From contig CAYZSS010000005.1 in NCBI GenBank assembly GCA_964480435.1, forward strand, positions 4,593 to 36,592: a stretch of 32,000 bases of DNA. Reading direction: 5' to 3'. This DNA comes from an uncultured archaeon (GTDB taxonomy: Archaea > Iainarchaeota > Iainarchaeia > Iainarchaeales > 0-14-0-20-30-16). Below, piece after piece: positions 25,304 through 32,000 of this stretch. The translations under genes and the position numbers were made by a program. Each line of letters opens with the position of its first letter. Positions within the stretch are counted from its first letter, which is position 1. The notes beneath the pieces were generated by a model. The model worked only from the letters and a program-made list of their open reading frames with translations, was not told the origin of the DNA and ran no database searches.

Positions 25304-25894
25304 ATGAAAACACTAATTTATTCTTTTGAAAAATTTCATAATTTAAAGAGCAATCCTGCTTATGATGTCTCAAAAGAAATCACCGAAAAGTTTAATTCTA
25401 AAGAAGTTAAATTAGTTCAATTACCTGTTACTTTTGATTGTTGGGATATTTTAGAAACTGAACTAAATTCCTTTAAACCGGATTTCATTCTTGGTATCGG
25501 GGTTGCAATGGGCGGAATAAGAGTAAGATTAGAAAAAATTGGGTTAAATTACAAACATGCAGATATTCTTGATAATAAAGGAGTAAAGTTTACTTTAGAG
25601 AAAATTAATCCCAAAGAAAAATTAGCATATGAAACAGAGGTTGATGTTCTAAAGTTTTCTGAATCTTTAAAGAGTAAGGGGATCCCTAATGAAATTTCTT
25701 TTTGTGCAGGGACATATATCTGTAATTATGCTTATTACAATTGCCTACATTATGTCAATAACAAAAAGATTAAAACCTTGTTTTTGCATGTGCCGTCATC
25801 ACCAAAAGAAGCAATTGAACTTAATTTAAATATTTCTGTTTTTCCAACAGCTCTAATTGCAAATGCTCTCTATGAAATCTTAAAAACAATGTAG
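25304..25894 (+). CDS. pcp: Pyroglutamyl-peptidase I (peptidase C15)
   Basis: Colinear with archaeal Pcp: RVRLEKIGLN (catalytic Glu), CAGTYICNYAYY (Cys), TLFLHVP (His). Confidence 0.8.
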   Translation: MKTLIYSFEKFHNLKSNPAYDVSKEITEKFNSKEVKLVQLPVTFDCWDILETELNSFKPDFILGIGVAMGGIRVRLEKIGLNYKHADILDNKGVKFTLEKINPKEKLAYETEVDVLKFSESLKSKGIPNEISFCAGTYICNYAYYNCLHYVNNKKIKTLFLHVPSSPKEAIELNLNISVFPTALIANALYEILKTM

Positions 25895-25896
25895 TC

Positions 25897-27216
25897 TTAT
25901 TTGGGTCTATGTAAGGTTCTATTTCTAATAGTCTCCAAAAACTTTCTTTTTTGTAATTCAATTTCCCTTTCTGGTTTAAAAGAGTCTCTTGTTGCGTCAT
26001 AAACTGGTTTGGATAAATTAGTAGTAACAAGTCTATTCTCTTTTTCAATATGTTTTGTTTCGTAGTATTTTGAATAAGGCAAATACTCAGGTGATAACCA
26101 ATCGTCATGGAAAGTGGCATAAAAATCAGTAAGGCTAAGCAAAGCCAAAAGTTTACCTCGTTCTAAACGTCCTTTTAATGTATCATGGGAGGAAGAGAAG
26201 TAGTTTAACATTTTTCTTCTTACTCCAATAATTGCCATTTGGCTAACCCCATACTTTTCACTTAGAATGACCCCATTTTCCCCGTCTATAATTTCTTTTG
26301 CAATGTTAGCAAACAATGTTTTATTACCTATTTCCCAGTCATTTTTCAATTGTAATTCCAAGAAGCCAATACATATATCTCTTGCTCGTTTTTTTGCAAC
26401 CCGCTTTCTTCTTAGTTTATTATTTCTATCTTGATTTTCTTTGGCATATTCTTTATCTCTTAATTTCTGTTTATTTGATCTATTATCTGATTTTCGGGGA
26501 CCAGTATCAAGCCAGGCAGAGTATTTTTCAAGACAACCCGAAACACCAAATTTTTCTACCAGATATGCAGGAAAAATTGCCTTAAACAAATCTCTCGCTC
26601 TGGGTTTGTTTCCTGTTATTGTTGCCCACTCTTGTTCTGCGCTAGTTAAATCACCTTTATTTCTCTCAACAATAGCTTTTAATTTTTCAAATGTTTCTTT
26701 ACTAATATATTGTGCATATTTAGTTTTTCCTGTTGTGCTTTTTCCCCGCCCAGTTAGTGCACGCAAAGTTTTTTCTGTTTTAGATAATTTCCCTAAACCC
26801 TCTGCGCGCAATCTTTTCATAAGAGTCATATATGGAATTCCTGCCATTCGAGCTGCGTCTTTGTAAAGTATCCCAGGGTTTTCTTCAATTACTCTTCTTG
26901 CTTCTTCAAAAAGTCTATCTGCTCTAAAATATCTATTTGTTTTTATATACTCTTCAGCAAGTGTTGCCGGGTTTGCTCCGGTTAATAACTTTTCTCTGGG
27001 GAATACTACTCTTAATAAATGTACAATTGCCTGAGGGAGAATAATTTTTCGTAATCTCAAGAATTTTTCAGCAACCTGGGCCGCAATAAAATTATAGCCC
27101 TGAATTTCTATGGCTTCAGTAACAAGTGTTGCTAAAGTTCTAATATCTTCTGCCTCGATTTGTTGCTTTCTTCCTTGCGTTTTTGGTATTTCTTCTTTTT
27201 CTTCCACCATATACAA
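25897..27216 (-). CDS. Hypothetical multi-HTH protein (HTH-GRG linker-HTH module plus a third HTH)
   Basis: ILYKDAARMAGIPYMTLMKRLRAEGLGK, TGRGKSTTGK...ISKETFEKLKAIVERNKGDLTSAEQEW, later VILSEKYGVSQMAIIGVRRKM. Basic KLRRKRVAKKRAR patch. The likely ATG is at 27210. Confidence 0.55.
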   Translation of the reverse strand: MYMVEEKEEIPKTQGRKQQIEAEDIRTLATLVTEAIEIQGYNFIAAQVAEKFLRLRKIILPQAIVHLLRVVFPREKLLTGANPATLAEEYIKTNRYFRADRLFEEARRVIEENPGILYKDAARMAGIPYMTLMKRLRAEGLGKLSKTEKTLRALTGRGKSTTGKTKYAQYISKETFEKLKAIVERNKGDLTSAEQEWATITGNKPRARDLFKAIFPAYLVEKFGVSGCLEKYSAWLDTGPRKSDNRSNKQKLRDKEYAKENQDRNNKLRRKRVAKKRARDICIGFLELQLKNDWEIGNKTLFANIAKEIIDGENGVILSEKYGVSQMAIIGVRRKMLNYFSSSHDTLKGRLERGKLLALLSLTDFYATFHDDWLSPEYLPYSKYYETKHIEKENRLVTTNLSKPVYDATRDSFKPEREIELQKRKFLETIRNRTLHRPK

Positions 27217-27263
27217 CTAAATAAAGAGAATTATATATGCTTTTTCGTTCTTATTATACTTAT

Positions 27264-28448
27264 ATGGTAATTTATTCTTATTCTAAAATTAATACCTTCA
27301 AGTCTTGCCCACTCAAATTTAAGTTTAATTATCTCGATAAACTACAAAAGGATTTTACTAATTCCATAGAGGCAATAATGGGGACAGCGGTTCACGAAAC
27401 TCTGGAAAAACTTTATAAGGATTTACAGCATGGAAAGGAGAACTCCTTGAAATCCTTACTTGATTTTTATAAAAAAGAATGGGATAAGAGAATAGATAAA
27501 GATGTTAAAATTGTAAAGCAAGAGTATAATGAAAAAAACTATTTCCAAAAAGGGAAGAAGCATATTTCTGATTACTATGCAAGTTATACTCCTTTTGATC
27601 AGGATTATACTGTTGGTCTAGAACAGCAGATAAGTCTTACTATTGAAGGTTATAGTCTTACAGGTTATATTGATAGACTAGCTCTAAAGAAAGACGGGGC
27701 ATATGTAATACACGATTACAAAACATCCGGAACCCTGCCTACTACCAATAATATCGAAGACGATAAACAGCTTGCTCTTTACTCAATGGCAATAAAGGAA
27801 AAATACCCAGATGCCCATAAAATTGAGTTAGTTTGGCACTACCTAGCTTTTGGAAAAGAGATAAGAATAACTAAAACCGATGAAAGTCTTACGGAAATAA
27901 AAAAAGATATTGCTAAGTGGATTGAAAAAATAGAATCGGAAAAAGAATTTGGACCTAAAGAATCGGCTCTTTGTGATTGGTGTGAGTATGCTTCAAAGTG
28001 TCCAAAGAGAAAGCACCTTTTTGAGACAAAACAGATGAACCTAGAGACCTTTTCTAGTGACTTAGGAGTTAAGTTGGTGGATAAGTATACTGAACTCTCA
28101 ATACTTAAAAGTCATATTGCAGAGCAGATTAATGGGGTAGAGCAAGAACTTGAGAAATATGCAGACAGGGAAAAAATAGATAATATTAATGGCACTAACT
28201 CTGTTCTAAAAATAAGCACAGACGAAAGCCTAAAGCTTCCCTCAAAGACAAGTAAAGAGTATAAAGAGCTAAAAGAAGATATAATTAAGAGAGGGTTCTT
28301 AGAGCTTATTGATATAAATGGGTATTATGTAGACAAAAACTTAGAGAAACTTCCTGATGACCTGAAAGCAAAGATTCAGCAGGAGGCCACAAAGAGAGAA
28401 AGCAAAAGATTTAGAGTTGTCCATAACTCCGGTTCATTAATTGAGTGA
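27264..28448 (+). CDS. Cas4/RecB-like PD-(D/E)XK nuclease with 4-Cys cluster and about 140-aa C-terminal extension
   Basis: Numbering from the track ORF start at 27237. N-terminal Cys (KSCPLKF, C24), GYIDRL (D146), IHDYK (D160/K162), QLALY, and CDWCEYASKC (C-x2-C-x5-C). Start preferred at ATG 27264. Confidence 0.75.
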   Translation: MVIYSYSKINTFKSCPLKFKFNYLDKLQKDFTNSIEAIMGTAVHETLEKLYKDLQHGKENSLKSLLDFYKKEWDKRIDKDVKIVKQEYNEKNYFQKGKKHISDYYASYTPFDQDYTVGLEQQISLTIEGYSLTGYIDRLALKKDGAYVIHDYKTSGTLPTTNNIEDDKQLALYSMAIKEKYPDAHKIELVWHYLAFGKEIRITKTDESLTEIKKDIAKWIEKIESEKEFGPKESALCDWCEYASKCPKRKHLFETKQMNLETFSSDLGVKLVDKYTELSILKSHIAEQINGVEQELEKYADREKIDNINGTNSVLKISTDESLKLPSKTSKEYKELKEDIIKRGFLELIDINGYYVDKNLEKLPDDLKAKIQQEATKRESKRFRVVHNSGSLIE

Positions 28449-28490
28449 CAAAGGAATAGATTTATAAATACTATCTCATTACTGTTATAT

Positions 28491-29027
28491 ATGGTTAAAT
28501 TAAATAACTTAGTATTTATCTTAATTGGACTTATTTTGGTTGGGTCTTTTGCATTCGCTTTTAACCCTATCCAGAAAAGTGCACTAAATTCAGTATTTCT
28601 TGGAAACGTGAAAAATACTCTTAAACCTGTAACTTATTCTTTCGTATTAGATGGTCCTATGGATACCTATACCTTTCCAAATGGAATAAAGATAAGATGG
28701 TACAATACTCAAGTTTGCCCTAATGATCCCACCCATGTGTGGTGTAATGAAGTATTAAACTTTGTATTTTATAACAATAACACTAATAAGACGTACCCTT
28801 TCCCATATGCCCCAATGGGTAATGATTATTTTTTCCAGGCAGAAAATGGACAAAGCACTGTATTTAATCTAAATTACTGGGGATTACAAAATAAAGATTA
28901 CTTTTTCTTAAATCATCATTTTAAAGTAACTATTGATATGGCTGTTGATTATGAAAATAATTGCCCAGTTATTACAGAATGTGATTTTAGCAATGTTAAA
29001 GCAAATTTAACTGTAGAGGTCTGGTGA
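28491..29027 (+). CDS. Hypothetical secreted/membrane-anchored protein
   Basis: N-terminal hydrophobic segment LVFILIGLILVGSFAFAF, N/Y/F-rich body with 4 Cys, ends ...TVEVW. The next gene starts 4 nt later. Confidence 0.5.
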   Translation: MVKLNNLVFILIGLILVGSFAFAFNPIQKSALNSVFLGNVKNTLKPVTYSFVLDGPMDTYTFPNGIKIRWYNTQVCPNDPTHVWCNEVLNFVFYNNNTNKTYPFPYAPMGNDYFFQAENGQSTVFNLNYWGLQNKDYFFLNHHFKVTIDMAVDYENNCPVITECDFSNVKANLTVEVW

Positions 29028-29031
29028 TTAA

Positions 29032-29415
29032 ATGAAGAATTTATTTGTTTACGTATTATCAATAATTTTAGTGGCTTTAGTAATACCTGCTGGTTTTTCC
29101 TATGTGTATTACCCTAGTACTTATGCTTATCCTACTTATACTAGCTATAGTTACTCAAATACATATACTACAAATACCTATACTGAAGCATACTCTGGAC
29201 ATCCAAGCAATTACTACTACGGATATTATCCAACAACTTATCAACCAGCACAAGCATACTATGTGCCAGTAGTTAACTACTCCCCAGTATATACATTCCC
29301 ATTCACCTATTATGTGAATAGTTATGTAAATGGAGTACCAGTAAATCAAGCATATGGTTACAATAACTACGTTGGATATAACAACGGATATGTATCAGCA
29401 TATTATACCTGGTAG
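29032..29415 (+). CDS. Tyrosine-rich, nearly uncharged secreted/anchored low-complexity protein
   Basis: N-terminal hydrophobic segment, then 104 aa with 31 Tyr. In that part there is no Lys, Arg or Asp, and one Glu and one His. A T-run terminator follows (cccttttttttt). Confidence 0.55.
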   Translation: MKNLFVYVLSIILVALVIPAGFSYVYYPSTYAYPTYTSYSYSNTYTTNTYTEAYSGHPSNYYYGYYPTTYQPAQAYYVPVVNYSPVYTFPFTYYVNSYVNGVPVNQAYGYNNYVGYNNGYVSAYYTW

Positions 29416-29481
29416 TTAAGAAACCAAACCCTTTTTTTTTCTTTTAATTTTGCACAATAAAATTACTTCTGGGTACTGAAG

Positions 29482-29505
29482 TGATTTAGTTTTTTTACTA
29501 AATCA
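29482..29505. terminator. Perfect 9-bp hairpin with T6 loop between convergent genes
   Basis: tgatttagt/tttttt/actaaatca. It spans the stop codon of the 29498..29692 minus-strand ORF and lies about 70 nt after the plus-strand gene. Confidence 0.3.
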
Positions 29506-29692
29506 TTTTCTTGGCCATTTTCTTTGCTTTTCTTAAGCAGTTTTTATGCCAATATTGGCCCATCCACTTAGTTTCTATATTGCCTTGATTACACAAAGCA
29601 CATACTTCCAAGTCTTTCTTTGTTGCTTTTACTTGATCTTCTTCTTTCTCAACAGTTGGAATCATTTTCTTAAAGAAATTTCCTATACCCAT
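29498..29692 (-). CDS. Small putative zinc-binding protein (C-x2-C ... H-x2-C)
   Basis: 64 aa. CALCNQGNIETKWMGQYWHKNC, flanked by Lys-rich termini. Confidence 0.45.
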   Translation of the reverse strand: MGIGNFFKKMIPTVEKEEDQVKATKKDLEVCALCNQGNIETKWMGQYWHKNCLRKAKKMAKKMI

Positions 29693-29788
29693 AAAATCAC
29701 GCCCTTATATTTTACTGAGTAGTGTTATGATTTTTGTGTTTAAACAATAAACCACTAACTCACCCATACTTTCACCTTTATTTTATTT

Positions 29789-30535
29789 CTACTGGATCGC
29801 AGCAGTAAGTTCTTTTGTATGTTTTTTGGCAAAATCTGATGCCCAAATCAAATACTCATCGAAAGACTTTCCTTTCTTAACATACTCCTTATATTTGCCT
29901 TCAAAGCAGTCCATTATTGTTTTTCTACCTATCTTTACTGTATAAAATGGCGGTTCGGTTCTATGCCAATAAGGCAAAATCTTTCTAAACTCTTTTCCAT
30001 TTAGTATAACTGGTGCCAAAATCTCTGACAAGGCCCATTCAATATGTGGTCTTTCATAATGTGATTTTGGAATTTTAGGAAATAATTCTTTTAACTTTTT
30101 AAAATATAGAAGATGCGTTATTTCATGCGCAGCTACTTTATGAACCCCCCATTTAGGCATATTCCAGTTAATAAAAAAAGACTTTTCATCTAAATCTCTT
30201 GGAAAAACAAGGGTAAGTGATGAGTAACAGACAATATTTTTTGGCTTTGTGAACCAAGAAGTATTTATAGTTTCAGATAATTTTTCCATAAACTCTTTTT
30301 CAATAGCGCCCCAGTCTTTAGAATATCTTTTCATATTAATCTGGGCTTGTTTTTTGTTTTGCTTCCAAAGAGCAATTACCAAAGATTTTATTGGTAAATT
30401 TTTGTTTTTAAGAGAAGGATATGTTCTTAAAAAAGAATTTCTAAAATAATCGCATTTGTGGTTTATAAAATGTTTTAGTAGTTCTACTTCTTCACTTATT
30501 GGAGAAAGCTTAAATTTTACTTTTGGATAATGCAT
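29789..30535 (-). CDS. Hypothetical protein with HExxH motif (putative zinc metallopeptidase-like)
   Basis: KVAAHEITHLLY, with a downstream Glu candidate (HIEWALSE). No signal peptide seen. Family not recognised. Confidence 0.5.
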   Translation of the reverse strand: MHYPKVKFKLSPISEEVELLKHFINHKCDYFRNSFLRTYPSLKNKNLPIKSLVIALWKQNKKQAQINMKRYSKDWGAIEKEFMEKLSETINTSWFTKPKNIVCYSSLTLVFPRDLDEKSFFINWNMPKWGVHKVAAHEITHLLYFKKLKELFPKIPKSHYERPHIEWALSEILAPVILNGKEFRKILPYWHRTEPPFYTVKIGRKTIMDCFEGKYKEYVKKGKSFDEYLIWASDFAKKHTKELTAAIQ

Positions 30536-30561
30536 AGTACTTCACCACTTACTTACTTGTC

Positions 30562-32000
30562 TCATTTATACCAGCTTTCAATCTTAATATTTTCATCCTC
30601 TGCCTTTTTTTTATCTTCTTTACTACTAGGAGAAAGGTATTCAAACTTTTCTTCTTTTGGTTTTTTCTTAAATAATCTGCTAAAGAAAGACTCCTTTTTT
30701 ACTTTAGGGGTTTCTGGTTTTTCTTCAGCTTCTGTTTTTTGTTTAAAAGAGTCTATTTTTATTTCCTTTACAGGCTGTGAGTAAACCATTGGTCTTGTTT
30801 TTTTGTCAGGCCCATGCGATTTCTCTAATTCAATAATTTGTTTATTTAAATAAGAAATAACATATTCTATTTTCTCATTTTCATCATCAAAATATGCTTT
30901 GGTAACTTTTCCAGATATAAATTTCTTTTTCAGTTCTTTTTGTTTGTCTTTATAAATATCTCGTTTTGCTATTAATTCATTTATGTCAACTTTTTTATAT
31001 TTTTTAACAATAACAATAATAAGTTCTATAAGAAAAATAAATCCAAAAAATGAAATAAGAAGGTAAAACCATAAGGTTGGTTTTAATGTAACATCTAAAT
31101 TTAGGCCCCCTTGATTGTTTTCGTACACAAATATTAACTCATGTTTAAATCCAAAAAAAGGGAACATGAATTTATTCAAAACATAATAATTGCCTTTCTT
31201 TTTTATGCTCACTTCTTCATTATCAAAAATAAGTTTGGCGTAATCTTTAAAGAAAATTTCTCCATTTGAGTAATTCACCTTAAGCTGTAATGTAAATGGA
31301 TTATAAACATAGCCCTCTTTATCAGGGTTGATAATATCAATATTAAGCCTATTAGTCAAATCTAAAAAATATGAATCTACAAAAGGTATAATCCTTCCAT
31401 GATAACTAAAAACACCATAAATAAGAAGAGAAGTATTTTGATCTTCCATGTAAGGGATTTCTATTTTTTTTGTGCAGTGAAATTCTTCACACAAAAAAGA
31501 GTTATTCTCCACAGATGGTTTTAGAACCCACATTTTTAGATTAGTTATATCATTTTTAGAAGCAACAAGATTATATTCTAGGGAAATTTCCTGTCCATAG
31601 TTATATTTTGTTTTAAGTTCTTGTTTATTAATTTGTAAATAATCCTCAATTTTCTCTATGGCGTACTCAAAGTTTTTTTTTGAAAGTTCGTATCCTGATA
31701 TAGTTTCAAGTCTAATGGTTAAGGTATTATTTTTTATAAGATCAGGAGTAATCATTAAATCTGGATTTGTAACATATTTTTTGTCTAATTTTAGAAGAGA
31801 GTATTCTGTATCCCCTACAAAGATATCTATGGCATTGTTTGGTAGCTGTATATCGGCTCCATTAGAATCTGTAAAACTTATTGTTATAGTGTTTATTTCA
31901 GTACCAATAAAAAAAGGGGGAGCACTAGGTGCTGTTGCCTTTAATTCAAGGGTTGGTGTTATAGGAAAAGAATAAACACAGGAAACCAACAAAAACAGTG
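30562..32000 (-). CDS. Single-pass membrane protein: large ectodomain, TM, cytoplasmic coiled-coil/Lys-rich tail (5' partial, runs off the window end)
   Basis: The frame is open to nt 32000 (…LFL before the TTG at 31992), so the signal peptide is cut off. TM at aa 306-329 (WFYLLISFFGFIFLIELIIVIV). Tail contains KKKFISGKVTKAYFDDE and K/E-rich sequence. Confidence 0.55.
   Translation of the reverse strand, partial: LFLLVSCVYSFPITPTLELKATAPSAPPFFIGTEINTITISFTDSNGADIQLPNNAIDIFVGDTEYSLLKLDKKYVTNPDLMITPDLIKNNTLTIRLETISGYELSKKNFEYAIEKIEDYLQINKQELKTKYNYGQEISLEYNLVASKNDITNLKMWVLKPSVENNSFLCEEFHCTKKIEIPYMEDQNTSLLIYGVFSYHGRIIPFVDSYFLDLTNRLNIDIINPDKEGYVYNPFTLQLKVNYSNGEIFFKDYAKLIFDNEEVSIKKKGNYYVLNKFMFPFFGFKHELIFVYENNQGGLNLDVTLKPTLWFYLLISFFGFIFLIELIIVIVKKYKKVDINELIAKRDIYKDKQKELKKKFISGKVTKAYFDDENEKIEYVISYLNKQIIELEKSHGPDKKTRPMVYSQPVKEIKIDSFKQKTEAEEKPETPKVKKESFFSRLFKKKPKEEKFEYLSPSSKEDKKKAEDENIKIESWYK

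Noticed and set aside
27237-28448. Cas4-like nuclease as an indicator of a CRISPR-Cas locus.
   Set aside because: No repeat-spacer array and no other cas genes occur anywhere in the 32 kb. Stand-alone Cas4/RecB-like nucleases are common, so it is called an orphan PD-(D/E)XK nuclease.
1-32000. Alternative genetic code or recoding (in-frame stops, frameshifts) in the conserved genes.
   Set aside because: All recognisable genes read through uninterrupted in the standard code, with expected lengths apart from the intein and the Nop5 truncation. No split conserved domains were seen across adjacent frames.

Overview
Strongly AT-rich, very gene-dense segment. Neighbouring genes abut or overlap by 4-20 nt, and two convergent stops share the palindrome CTAG at 540-543. 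The informational genes are clearly archaeal: fibrillarin + Nop5, topoisomerase VI B/A, GatD, archaeal/eukaryal-type GlyRS, Rio1 + KH/Dim2-like protein, DtdA, XerA and tRNA-Gln(CUG). The composition, compaction and domain losses suggest a small-genome, DPANN-like archaeon; that is inference, not proof. I found no rRNA, CRISPR array, transposase or obvious prophage. Main observations: (1) the Top6B gene carries a 564-aa LAGLIDADG intein just before the GHKL G2 box. (2) An 821-aa protein places a Lon-type S16 Ser-Lys protease domain outside the membrane, with no AAA+ module; it is translationally coupled to a small helical protein and followed by a multi-HTH protein. (3) Nop5 lacks the whole fibrillarin-binding N-terminal domain. 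(4) A bacterial-type DisA diadenylate cyclase sits next to an RCK-gated CPA2 antiporter. (5) An unknown 269-aa gene is tacked onto the end of top6B-top6A. (6) Two orphan proteins share an HTH-GRP-HTH module; one is divergently paired with an orphan Cas4-like Fe-S nuclease. (7) Several Arg-rich orphan proteins stand out in an otherwise Lys-rich proteome. (8) A secreted protein is about 30 percent tyrosine and almost uncharged. Functions for all orphan proteins are hypotheses; none could be checked against databases here.
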